Position numbers and translations under genes: made by a program | Part shown: piece after piece, positions 28,356 through 37,311 of the stretch | Numbering within the stretch: position 1 is the stretch's first letter | Layout: each line of letters opens with the position of its first letter | Source: Tagaea sp. | Lineage (GTDB): Bacteria > Pseudomonadota > Alphaproteobacteria > CACIAM-22H2 | Reading direction: 5' to 3' | Assembly (NCBI GenBank): GCA_965279525.1 | Contig: CBDIIB010000005.1 | Location: 1,504,001 to 1,568,000 of the forward strand | Length of the DNA stretch: 64,000 nt | The notes under the pieces: model-generated | What the model was told of the DNA's origin: nothing | Databases searched by the model: none | What the model saw: the letters and a program-made list of their open reading frames with translations, nothing else

Positions 28356-28664
28356 ATGATCGAAACCTGCAAGGCTCTCGCCGACCCCGCCCGGCTCAAG
28401 ATCCTCGAATTCCTGCGCAAGCCGGATTCGCAATGCTGCACGTTCGCCGACCGCGTGTGCGCGTGCGACGTCGAATCGCATCTCGGCCTGTCGCAGCCCG
28501 CCACCAGCCACCACATGCGCATCCTCGTGCGCGCCGGCCTCGTCACGTCGGAGAAGGACGGGCGCTTCATCTATTACCGGCTCGACCATGCGGCCTTCGC
28601 TTCGGCCGTCGAATTCTTCGCCCGCTTCACGCGCCCGCCCAGGCGGCCGGCGCGGGCGGCCTGA
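28356..28664 (+). CDS. arsR: ArsR/SmtB family repressor with CC-X6-CAC sensing region
   Basis: KALADPARLKIL, QCCTFADRVCACD, LSQPATSHHM, GRFIYYRL. Confidence 0.88.
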   Translation: MIETCKALADPARLKILEFLRKPDSQCCTFADRVCACDVESHLGLSQPATSHHMRILVRAGLVTSEKDGRFIYYRLDHAAFASAVEFFARFTRPPRRPARAA

Positions 28665-28684
28665 CACAAGGAAAGGATTTCAAG

Positions 28685-30067
28685 ATGACCAAGCTTCCCG
28701 TTGCCGTGATCGGTGCCGGCCCCGTGGGCCTCGCCGCGGCCGCCCGCCTTCTCGAACGCGGCCTCGAGCCGGTCGTGCTCGAAGCCGGCCCCGCCGCGGG
28801 CCATGCGGTGGCGCAGTGGGCGCATGTGCGCATGTTCTCGCCGTGGTCGTTCAACATCGACGCGGCAGCACGCAAGCTGCTCGAAGCGACGGACTGGGTC
28901 GCTCCGAAGGCGACGCGGGCACCCACGGGTGCGGAACTGCTCGAACACTATATCCGCCCGCTCGCCGCAACCGCCGAACTTGCCCCGCGCATCCGCTACG
29001 GCGCGAAGGTCGAGGCCGTCGCACGAGCGACGCGCGACAAGCTGCGCGATGACGGGCGCGACGAGCCGTTCGTCGTGCGCTACCGCAAGGACGGCCGGCT
29101 CGAAACGCTTGCCGCCAGTGCGGTGATCGACGCGTCGGGCACCTGGTTCACGCCCAACCCGCTCGGCGCCAACGGCCTTGCGGTCGATGGCGAGGAAGCG
29201 TGTGCTGCCGCGATCGCCACCGGCATTCCGGACGTGCGCGGCGTCGACCGGCCGCTTTACGAAGGCAAGACGACGCTCGTGATCGGCAGCGGCCATTCGG
29301 CTCTCAACGCGCTTCTCGATCTCGTGTCGCTGCGCAAATCCGATCCGGGTACGCGCATCCTCTGGGGCATCCGGCGGGCGAACGGGTCGCGCGCGGTCGG
29401 CGGCGGGGCCGCCGATGCACTTCCCGAACGCGGTGCGCTGGGCACGCGCCTCGAGGCGGCCCTCGCGGCCGGCGACATCGAACTGATCCCGTCCTTCGCC
29501 GTCGAGCGGCTGGCACGCGACGGCGAACGCGTCGGTGTCGAGGCCCGCACCGGCGGCCGGCCGCTCGCATTCGCCGTCGACCGGATCATCGCGACGACCG
29601 GCTTCCGGCCCGATCTTGCGCTGACGCGCGAGGTGCGCGTGGCGCTCGATCCGGCCCTCGAATGCCCGCCGGCATTGGCCCCGCTGATCGATCCCAACCT
29701 GCATTCGTGCGGCACGGTGCGCCCGCATGGGGCCGCGGTGCTCGCCCACCCGGACAAGGACTTCTACATCGCCGGGATGAAGAGCTACGGGCGCGCGCCG
29801 ACATTCCTGCTCGCCACGGGCCACGAACAGGTGCGCTCGATCGCGGCGGCCCTCGCCGGCGACAAGGAAGCGTCCGAGCGCGTCGAACTGGACCTGCCGC
29901 AGACCGGCGTGTGCTCGGTCGCCGTGCGCGACGTGACCGAAGTGGAGCTTGCCGCGACGGCGGGCGGCGGTTGCTGCGGCGGACCTGCACCCGAATCTTC
30001 GGGTTCGTGCTGCGTAGCCGATGTCGAGGCGAAGGCCGTCGGCAAGACCGGCTGCGGCTGCAGCTAG
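28685..30067 (+). CDS. ars-associated NAD(P)/FAD-dependent oxidoreductase (ArsV/ArsO-like) with Cys-rich tail
   Basis: VIGAGPVGL, IDASGTW, IGSGHSA, TGFRP, HSCGTVRPHG, GMKSYGRAPTFL, LPQTGVC, CC..CC..CGC tail; AAGGA RBS. Confidence 0.8.
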   Translation: MTKLPVAVIGAGPVGLAAAARLLERGLEPVVLEAGPAAGHAVAQWAHVRMFSPWSFNIDAAARKLLEATDWVAPKATRAPTGAELLEHYIRPLAATAELAPRIRYGAKVEAVARATRDKLRDDGRDEPFVVRYRKDGRLETLAASAVIDASGTWFTPNPLGANGLAVDGEEACAAAIATGIPDVRGVDRPLYEGKTTLVIGSGHSALNALLDLVSLRKSDPGTRILWGIRRANGSRAVGGGAADALPERGALGTRLEAALAAGDIELIPSFAVERLARDGERVGVEARTGGRPLAFAVDRIIATTGFRPDLALTREVRVALDPALECPPALAPLIDPNLHSCGTVRPHGAAVLAHPDKDFYIAGMKSYGRAPTFLLATGHEQVRSIAAALAGDKEASERVELDLPQTGVCSVAVRDVTEVELAATAGGGCCGGPAPESSGSCCVADVEAKAVGKTGCGCS

Positions 30068-30717
30068 CGCAACAGCCGGCGCGCGAGGGCGAAGGCCAAG
30101 AACGCGCCGGCCGCCTGCGCCAGCATGAAGCCCGGTGCATCGGCCGGCCGGATGCCCGCGAAGCTGTCGGTCAGCGAACGCGCCAGCGTGACCGCCGGAT
30201 TGGCGAAACTCGTCGACGCGGTGAACCAGTAAGCACCGGCGATGTAGCCGGCGACGGCCGCCGGAATGTGCGCCGGGTTGCGCTTCGAGGCGACCAGCAC
30301 GATCAGCAGCAGCCCGAATGTCGCGACGGCTTCGGCGAGCCACTGCGGCATACCGGCCCGGACCTTCACACCCAGCTGGAAGACCGCCATGTCGAACATG
30401 CCGTGCGCGACCAGTACGCCCGCGACGGCGCCCGCGACCTGGGCCGCGACATAGGCCGGCACGTCGGCGCGCGCGAGATCGCCGCGCGCGGCCAGCGCCA
30501 GTGTCACCAGCGGATTGAAATGCGCGCCCGAAACAGGGCCGAGCGTGGCGATCAGCGCGTAGAGCACGCCCGCCGTCGCGATCGCGTTGGCGAGCAGGGC
30601 CAGCGCCACGTTCCCGCCCGAAAGCCGCTCGGCCATGATGCCCGAGCCGACGACGGCCGCGAGCAGCAGGGCGGTACCCGCACCCTCGGCCGCGGCACGC
30701 TGCGAAAGTCCCGTCAT
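30064..30717 (-). CDS. MIP/aquaglyceroporin, AqpS-like arsenite channel
   Basis: SGAHFNPLVT and STSFANPAVT; follows arsC. Confidence 0.9.
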   Translation of the reverse strand: MTGLSQRAAAEGAGTALLLAAVVGSGIMAERLSGGNVALALLANAIATAGVLYALIATLGPVSGAHFNPLVTLALAARGDLARADVPAYVAAQVAGAVAGVLVAHGMFDMAVFQLGVKVRAGMPQWLAEAVATFGLLLIVLVASKRNPAHIPAAVAGYIAGAYWFTASTSFANPAVTLARSLTDSFAGIRPADAPGFMLAQAAGAFLAFALARRLLR

Positions 30718-31220
30718 GCCGGCACGGCCGGCTTGCCCATCTCGTCGATCTTGCGCTGGATCTCGAGCTTCGAGAGCGTGGCCAGCGGCAGGCTCGCGAA
30801 GATCCGGATGCGCCGTTCGATCATCGCGAAGACGTCGGCGGTGAAGGCGGCCTTCTCGGCGTCCGTGCCCTCGAACGACGACGGATCGGGAAAGCCCCAG
30901 TGCGCGGTCATCGGCATGCCCGGCCAGATCGGGCAGACCTCGCCGGCGGCCTGGTCGCACACCGTGAAGACGAAATGCATGACCGGGGAACCGGGCTTCG
31001 CGAACTCGCTCCAGTCCTTCGAGCGGAAGCCGGACGTGTCGAAGCCGAGCCGGTCGAGCAGCGATTTGACCGACGGGTTGATCCGGCCCGACGGCTGGCT
31101 GCCGGCGCTGAAGGCGTGGAACCTTCCCGCACCATGCTTGTTCAGCAGCGCTTCGGCCATCACCGAGCGGGCGGAATTGTGCGTGCACAAGAACAGCACG
31201 TTCTTGATCGCGTCGGTCAT
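30714..31220 (-). CDS. arsC: Arsenate reductase, LMW-PTP fold
   Basis: LFLCTHNSARS, SAGS, TVCDQAAGEVCP, HWGFPDP. Confidence 0.92.
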   Translation of the reverse strand: MTDAIKNVLFLCTHNSARSVMAEALLNKHGAGRFHAFSAGSQPSGRINPSVKSLLDRLGFDTSGFRSKDWSEFAKPGSPVMHFVFTVCDQAAGEVCPIWPGMPMTAHWGFPDPSSFEGTDAEKAAFTADVFAMIERRIRIFASLPLATLSKLEIQRKIDEMGKPAVPA

Positions 31221-31573
31221 GGGCGGAGGGTCTCCTTCCGGCGTGGCTTTCCCGCAGGCGCGCAAGGAACGGGCGCGCAGAGTTCCGGCCGGCTGCCGCA
31301 GCAATTGGCGGTGAGATACGCCATCAGCGCGTTCATCGCCTCGAAGTCGGCCGCATAGAAATGCGAGCGGCCGTCGCGCCGCAGCACGGCCAGGCCCGCA
31401 TCGGCCAGATCGCGCAGGTGGAACGACAGCGTGGGCGGCGGCACGTCGAGCCGGCGCGCGATGTCGCCGGCGGCAAGCCCGTCGGGCCCCGCCTCGACAA
31501 GCAGGCGGAAGACGGCAAGACGCGTGTCGTGCGCGAGGGCACCCAGCTTTCCGGCGGCGTCCGACAGTTTCAT
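31217..31573 (-). CDS. arsR: ArsR repressor with C-terminal CC...C site
   Basis: ALAHDTRLAVFRLLV.AG, TLSFHL, YLTANCCGSRPELC. Confidence 0.92.
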   Translation of the reverse strand: MKLSDAAGKLGALAHDTRLAVFRLLVEAGPDGLAAGDIARRLDVPPPTLSFHLRDLADAGLAVLRRDGRSHFYAADFEAMNALMAYLTANCCGSRPELCAPVPCAPAGKPRRKETLRP

Positions 31574-31591
31574 GTTTCTAGAAATATCGAA
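31572..31591. promoter_or_regulatory. ArsR operator abutting the arsR2 start codon
   Basis: AT-rich ATGTTTCTAGAAATATCGAA containing perfect palindrome TTTCTAGAAA. Confidence 0.65.
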
Positions 31592-31615
31592 CCGATACCC
31601 GGCCGTCACGTTAAA

Positions 31616-32371
31616 TCAATATGACAACAGCCCCCGCACGGCGGCCGCGATGGCGCGCGGCCGCTCACCGAGCCCGGCGACGGCCGCGTCCGGCCGCGGG
31701 TCGATTTCCAGAAGCTTGGTGCCGGCGGCGACCGGCACGCCGTCATGCACGAGGCCGCGGATCGTCCCGGCAAGCGGGGCTGCGATGGCCGCTGCACCGA
31801 CCGACCCGACGGCTTCACCCGCCGCGACGGCAGCACCGATGCGCGCGTGCGTGCGGAACGTGCCGGCAGCCGGCGCATAGACCAGCCGCTCGCGCCCGGC
31901 GCCGCCCAGCGCCTTGGGTTCGCCGCGCAGCGCCATCGTCGGGCCGTCGCGCACGACGCGGCCAAGTGCTTCCCAGCTTGTCTCGACCGCGACATGGCAG
32001 TTCGTCCATGCGTCGAACCCCGGCCCGAGGCCGATGGAAAGGGGGGCCTCGCCGCGGATGTCGTCCGGCGTCACGCGCTTGCGCAAGCGTGCATCGACCA
32101 GCACGTCGGGGCGGAACGTCCTGCGCGCGCCGTCATAGGGCAGGGAAGTCGCGACAAGTCCTTCGGCGAAATCGTCGGCCGCGTCGACGCGCCGGCAGAT
32201 CAGTCCTTCGAGGGTCGAGGCACCGTCGAACATCGCGTCGGCGAAGCTCATCGCGCGCCGGTGCGTGGCCGGTGCCTCCACATCGTGGATCAGCACGGTG
32301 TGGCCCGCCAGGCGCAGCGCATGCGCCACGGCCGAGCCCACGTCGCCGATCCCGCGCACGAGGACACGCAT
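31616..32371 (-). CDS. YqeB/EF2563-like molybdenum hydroxylase accessory protein (divergent)
   Basis: VLVRGIGDVGSAVA, RR.MSFADA, DVLVDAR, GLGPGF, ERLVYAP, IRGL, EIDPR. Confidence 0.75.
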   Translation of the reverse strand: MRVLVRGIGDVGSAVAHALRLAGHTVLIHDVEAPATHRRAMSFADAMFDGASTLEGLICRRVDAADDFAEGLVATSLPYDGARRTFRPDVLVDARLRKRVTPDDIRGEAPLSIGLGPGFDAWTNCHVAVETSWEALGRVVRDGPTMALRGEPKALGGAGRERLVYAPAAGTFRTHARIGAAVAAGEAVGSVGAAAIAAPLAGTIRGLVHDGVPVAAGTKLLEIDPRPDAAVAGLGERPRAIAAAVRGLLSY

Positions 32372-32381
32372 CAAGGCGCCT

Positions 32382-33458
32382 TCAGTGCGGGAAGGGCCAG
32401 AGCCGCAGCTTTTCCTTGCCGATCTGCCAGAGCCTGGCAAGGCCGTGCGGCTCGACGATCAGGAAGAACACGATGAGGCCGCCGAAGATCATGAACTCCA
32501 TGTGCGCGATCATCGAGGTGGAGAGCGGCACGCCGATGGCCGTGGGCACCGAGTTGAGGAAGATCGGCAGCATGACGATGAAGGCCGCCCCCAGGAACGA
32601 GCCGAGGATGGAGCCCAGGCCCCCGATGATGATCATGAACAGGATCTGGAACGAGCGGTTGATGTCGAAGGCGAGCGCTTCGACCGAGCTCGTGTAGATG
32701 AACGCCCACAGCGCGCCCGCCACACCGCAGTAGAACGACGAGACCGCGAAGGCGAGGAGCTTGGTATGCAGCGGGCGGATGCCGATGATCTCGGCGGCGA
32801 TGTCCATGTCGCGGATCGCCATCCACGCGCGCCCGATGCGCCCGCGCACGAGATTCTTGGCGACGAGGGCGAGCACGGCCACGAAGCTGAGGCAGAAGAG
32901 ATACTTTGCCTGCGACGTCGCCTCGATGCCGGTGACGAACCAGCCGAACACCGCACGCGGCGGCGCCGAGATCACGCCCGAGGGCGAGTAGTTGACGAAC
33001 CACGGCACCTTGGTGAAGAGCCAGATCAGGAAGAACTGGGCCGCGAGCGTGGCGACCGCAAGATAGAAGCCCTTGATGCGCAGGCTCGGGATCCCGAAGG
33101 CGACGCCGACAAGGGCGGTGATGCCGCCCGACATCAGGAACACGACGACGATGTTGAGTTCCGGGAACGCGGTCGCAAGCTTGTAGGCCGCGTAGGCGCC
33201 GCACGCCATGAAGCCGCCGGTGCCCAGGCTGAGCTGGCCGCAATAGCCGGTGAGGATGTTGAGCCCGAGGGCCGCCACCGCGAAGACGAGGAACGGGATC
33301 AGGATCGTCGACAGGTAATAGTCGCTCGCCGTCAGCGGGATCGCGACGAAGGCGATGGCGAGGATGACCGACAGCGCGATCCGGTCCTGCAGGATCGGGA
33401 AGATCGCCTGGTCGGCGGCATAGCTCGTCTTGAACTGGCCGGCTTCGCGGTAGATCAC
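32382..33458 (-). CDS. HAAT ABC permease (LivM-like)
   Basis: GLNILTGYCGQLSLG, LRIKGFYLAVATLA, IIGGLGS. Confidence 0.93.
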   Translation of the reverse strand: MIYREAGQFKTSYAADQAIFPILQDRIALSVILAIAFVAIPLTASDYYLSTILIPFLVFAVAALGLNILTGYCGQLSLGTGGFMACGAYAAYKLATAFPELNIVVVFLMSGGITALVGVAFGIPSLRIKGFYLAVATLAAQFFLIWLFTKVPWFVNYSPSGVISAPPRAVFGWFVTGIEATSQAKYLFCLSFVAVLALVAKNLVRGRIGRAWMAIRDMDIAAEIIGIRPLHTKLLAFAVSSFYCGVAGALWAFIYTSSVEALAFDINRSFQILFMIIIGGLGSILGSFLGAAFIVMLPIFLNSVPTAIGVPLSTSMIAHMEFMIFGGLIVFFLIVEPHGLARLWQIGKEKLRLWPFPH

Positions 33459-33462
33459 GGGA

Positions 33463-34398
33463 TCAGACCCTCTCGATGATGCGTTCGCCGAACAGGCCCT
33501 GCGGCCGGAACATCAGGAAGAACAGCGCCAGCATGTAGGCGAACCAGTCCTCGATGCCGCCGCCGATCTTGGCGGCCCAGAAAACCTCGGCGACCTTCTC
33601 GCCCACGCCGATGATGAGGCCGCCGATGATGGCGCCCGGGATCGACGTGAAGCCGCCCAGGATCAGCACCGGCAGCGCCTTCAGCGCCACGAAGGCGAGC
33701 GAGAACTGCACGCCGAGCTTGGAGCCCCACATGATGCCCGCGACCAGCGCCACGATGCCGGCGACCGACCAGACGATCACCCAGATCGTCTGCAGCGGGA
33801 TGCCGACGGACTGTGCCGCCTGATGGTCGTCGGCAACGGCGCGCAACGCGCGCCCGATGCGCGTCGACTGGAAGAAGAAGGCGAGCGTGGCGACCAGCGC
33901 GCCGGCGACGAGTGCGGCGACGATGTCAAAGGTGTTGATCAGCACGCCGGCGATCTCGATCGGGTCCTTCGGGATGCCGATGTCCAGCCGCTTCACGTCC
34001 TCGCCCCAGATCGACTGGAACAGCCCGTCGATGAAATACGAGATCCCGATCGTCGCCATGAACAGGATGATCGGCGCCTGGTTGACGAGCGGGCGCAGCA
34101 CCACCCGCTCGATCGCGAACGCGAGCGCGATCATCGTGGCGAGTGCGCCGATCATGGCGAGCCAGATCGGAGCACCCAGGTCGATGAAGCCCACGAAAGT
34201 GAGGGCGGCGCACAGCACCATGGCACCTTGCGCGAAATTGAACACGCCCGAGGCCTTGAAGATCAGCACGAAGCCCAGCGCCACGAGGCTGTACATCACG
34301 CCCGACAGCACGCCGCCGACCACGACTTCGACGAAGAACGTGGGGAACTCCCAGATCTCCTTGAGCGGGCCGAAGAGGAAGTCGAGGACGAATTCCAT
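33463..34398 (-). CDS. HAAT ABC permease (LivH-like)
   Basis: YSLVALGFVLIFKASGVFNFAQG, GRALRAVADD, ILGGFTS, RPQGLFG. Confidence 0.93.
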   Translation of the reverse strand: MEFVLDFLFGPLKEIWEFPTFFVEVVVGGVLSGVMYSLVALGFVLIFKASGVFNFAQGAMVLCAALTFVGFIDLGAPIWLAMIGALATMIALAFAIERVVLRPLVNQAPIILFMATIGISYFIDGLFQSIWGEDVKRLDIGIPKDPIEIAGVLINTFDIVAALVAGALVATLAFFFQSTRIGRALRAVADDHQAAQSVGIPLQTIWVIVWSVAGIVALVAGIMWGSKLGVQFSLAFVALKALPVLILGGFTSIPGAIIGGLIIGVGEKVAEVFWAAKIGGGIEDWFAYMLALFFLMFRPQGLFGERIIERV

Positions 34399-34409
34399 GC
34401 GTCAGCCTT

Positions 34410-35210
34410 TCACGCGTGTCCCGTGCCCAGATAGGCCTCGATGACCTTCGGGTCGGTCTTGACCGTATCGGGTGTGCCGTCGGCGATCTTGCGGCCGTAT
34501 TCGAGCACGACGACGCGGTCGGAGATGTCCATCACCACGCCCATGTCGTGCTCGATCAGCGCGATGGTCGTGCCGAACTGCTCGTTGACGTCGAGGATGA
34601 AGCGGCACATGTCCTCCTTCTCCTCGAGATTCATGCCCGCCATCGGTTCGTCGAGCAGCAGCAGGTCGGGCTCGGCGGCAAGTGCCCGGCCGAGCTCGAC
34701 GCGCTTCTGCAGCCCGTAGGGCAGCCTTCCGACCGGTGTCTTGCGGATCGCCTGGATCTCGAGGAAGTCGATGACGCGCTCGACGACCTCGCGGTGCTCG
34801 ATCTCCTCGGCACGCGCGGGGCCCCAGTGCAGGCACTGCCACAGGAAGCCGCGCTTCATCTTCAGGAGCCGGCCGGTCATGATGTTGTCGAGCGTCGACA
34901 TGCCCTTGAACAGCGCGATGTTCTGGAACGTGCGCGCGATGCCGTTCTTGGCCGCCTCGTGCGGGCGCATGGCGCCGCGCGTCACGCCCTTGTAGGCGAT
35001 GGAGCCGTGGCTGGGATGGTAGAAGCCGTTGATGCAGTTCAGCATCGACGACTTGCCCGCCCCGTTGGGCCCGATGATCGCGCGGATCTCGCCCTTGCGG
35101 ATGTCGAACGACACGTCGGTCAGCGCCTTCACGCCGCCGAAGCCGAGCGAGACGTTCTCGACCTTCAGCAGCGTGTCGCCGATCTGCCGTGCCGCCGCCG
35201 CCCGCGTCAT
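34410..35210 (-). CDS. HAAT ABC ATPase (LivG-like)
   Basis: IGPNGAGKSS, ARTFQN, LPYGLQKRVELGRAL, IEHDM, VIEAYLG. Confidence 0.93.
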   Translation of the reverse strand: MTRAAAARQIGDTLLKVENVSLGFGGVKALTDVSFDIRKGEIRAIIGPNGAGKSSMLNCINGFYHPSHGSIAYKGVTRGAMRPHEAAKNGIARTFQNIALFKGMSTLDNIMTGRLLKMKRGFLWQCLHWGPARAEEIEHREVVERVIDFLEIQAIRKTPVGRLPYGLQKRVELGRALAAEPDLLLLDEPMAGMNLEEKEDMCRFILDVNEQFGTTIALIEHDMGVVMDISDRVVVLEYGRKIADGTPDTVKTDPKVIEAYLGTGHA

Positions 35211-35213
35211 CCG

Positions 35214-37190
35214 TCAGCCCGCCTTGCGCAGGTCGGTGCGCGCGGGTGCATCGAAGCGCGCCGCCTCGCGGATGGCGAGGTCGGCTTCGATCTTGCCCTT
35301 GCGGCCGTCCTCGAACGTCACGACGGTCGAGATGTGGGCGCGCTCCGTACCCGAATAGAGCCCCTCGACGAGCGGGCCGTAGCGGTCGGCGATGAAGCTG
35401 CGGCGCACCTTGCGCGTGCGCGTGAGTTCGCCGTCGTCGGCGTCGAGTTCCTTGTGGAGCACGAGGAAGCGGCGGATCTGCGAGCCGGCGAGGGCGGGAT
35501 CTTCGGCAAGGTCGCGGTTGACCTTCTCGACGCATTCCTGGATCAGCGCCAGCACTTCGGGCTTGGCCGCCAGTTCCTGGTAGGAGCCGTAGGCGATGCC
35601 CCGCCGCTCGGCCCAGTTGCCCGTCGCCTCGAGATCGATGCTGATGAAGCACGCGGCATGGTCGCGCGCGTGGCCGAAGGCGACGGCTTCCTTGATGTAG
35701 CTGAAGAACTTCAGCTTGTTCTCGAGATATTTCGGCGCGAACAGCGTGCCGTCGCGGAGCTTCCCGACGTCTTTCGCGCGGTCGATGATCTTGAGATGGC
35801 CGTCCTTGTCGAAATAGCCGGCATCGCCGGTCAGGTAGTAGCCGTCGCCGTCCTTGGCCGACGCGGTCGCGAGGTCGTTCTTGTAGTAGCTCTGGAAGAT
35901 GCCGGGCGAGCGCACCAGCACCTCGCCGTTCTCCGCGATCTTGATCTCGACCTCGGGGGCGGGCACGCCGACCGTGTCGGACTTGATCTGCCCGTCGGGC
36001 TGCATGCAGATGAAGACCGAGGTCTCGGTGGCGCCGTAGAGCTGCTTCAGGTTCAGGCCCAGCGACCGGTAGAAATCGAAGATGTCGGGGCCGATCGCCT
36101 CGCCGGCCGTGTAGCCGATGCGCATGCGCGCCAGCCCCAGCGCGTTCTTGAGCGGACCGTAGACCAGCCGTTCGCCGATCGCGAGGAGCAGGCGCTGGAC
36201 GGGCGACACCGGCTTGCCGTCCATCCGCGCGATGCCCGAGCGCTTCGCGATGCCCATGAAGTAGTGGAACATGTTGCGCTTGATCGTGCCGGCATCCTCC
36301 ATGCGGATGGCGACCTGGGTCAGGATGTTCTCGAAGATGCGCGGCGGGGCGAAGAAAAAGCTCGGCCCGATCTCTTTCAGGTCCGTCATCACCGTGGCGC
36401 CCGATTCCGGGCAGCTCACGCAGAAGCCGGCGACGTAGGCCTCGGCATACGAGAAGATGTGGTCGCCGACCCACGCCATCGGCAGATAGGCGAGGATCTC
36501 GTCGGTCTCGCGCAACCCGTCGAAGCGGATCGCGTTCTCGGCCGTGCGGATCACGTTGTCGAAGGTCAGCAGCACGCCCTTGGGCTGGCCGGTGGTTCCC
36601 GACGTGTAGAGCATGACCGAGGCGTCCGAGCCCTTGCCCTTCGCGATCTCGGCATCGAGGAAGCCGGGGTTGGCGAGCGCGTGCGCGTCGCCCGCCTCGA
36701 CCAGCCGGTCGGCGGCGACGAGACCCTCGTCGGTGTAGTTGCGCATGCCGCGCGGGTCGTCATAGACGATCGTTTTCGGCAGGCCGGTGCGCGCGCGGAT
36801 GGCGAGCAGTTTGTCGACCTGCTCCTGGTCCTCGGCGATCGCCACGCGCGCCTCGGCATGGTCGACGACATAGGCCATCTCGTCGGCGACCGCGTCCTGG
36901 TAGACGGGGACGGGGACCGCACCCAGGCACTGGGCGGCGCACATCGACCAGTAGAGTTTCGGGCGGTTGTCGCCGACCAGCACGATCTTGTCGCCGCGCG
37001 CCACGCCGAGCCCGGCAAGGCCGCCGGCGATGCGCCGGATTTCCGCCGCACTTCGGGTCCATGACCAGCTCTGCCAGATGCCCAGTTCCTTCTCGCGCAT
37101 CGCCGGACGCGCCCCGCGCACGCGCACGTTATGCGCGAGCAGCTTGGGAAACGTATCGAGTGCCGGATCGCGGGTCGGGCCTGGCGTCAT
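35214..37190 (-). CDS. Long-chain fatty acid-CoA ligase-like AMP-binding enzyme
   Basis: YTSGTTGQPKG, YGATE, TGDAG, IIDRAKD, ELTRTRKVRR. Confidence 0.92.
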   Translation of the reverse strand: MTPGPTRDPALDTFPKLLAHNVRVRGARPAMREKELGIWQSWSWTRSAAEIRRIAGGLAGLGVARGDKIVLVGDNRPKLYWSMCAAQCLGAVPVPVYQDAVADEMAYVVDHAEARVAIAEDQEQVDKLLAIRARTGLPKTIVYDDPRGMRNYTDEGLVAADRLVEAGDAHALANPGFLDAEIAKGKGSDASVMLYTSGTTGQPKGVLLTFDNVIRTAENAIRFDGLRETDEILAYLPMAWVGDHIFSYAEAYVAGFCVSCPESGATVMTDLKEIGPSFFFAPPRIFENILTQVAIRMEDAGTIKRNMFHYFMGIAKRSGIARMDGKPVSPVQRLLLAIGERLVYGPLKNALGLARMRIGYTAGEAIGPDIFDFYRSLGLNLKQLYGATETSVFICMQPDGQIKSDTVGVPAPEVEIKIAENGEVLVRSPGIFQSYYKNDLATASAKDGDGYYLTGDAGYFDKDGHLKIIDRAKDVGKLRDGTLFAPKYLENKLKFFSYIKEAVAFGHARDHAACFISIDLEATGNWAERRGIAYGSYQELAAKPEVLALIQECVEKVNRDLAEDPALAGSQIRRFLVLHKELDADDGELTRTRKVRRSFIADRYGPLVEGLYSGTERAHISTVVTFEDGRKGKIEADLAIREAARFDAPARTDLRKAG

Positions 37191-37311
37191 GGTCGGTGGT
37201 CTGCCTCTCCCTTTTCGTCACGTGCCCCTTCCTGCGGCCACGTCGACGGTTGTAGAACCCGTCATTCGCGGCAGGACATCGTTCCCGTCCACTTAAGTCG
37301 AAAGGTCGAAC

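Noticed and set aside
26726-30067. 1113-aa ORF suggesting a giant fusion
   Set aside because: Only the part from ATG 28685 (own RBS, Rossmann start) is protein-like; the rest is antisense to the binding-protein gene
31616-32371. Selenoprotein or TGA read-through near the YqeB-like gene
   Set aside because: No in-frame TGA interrupting homology in this or neighbouring genes
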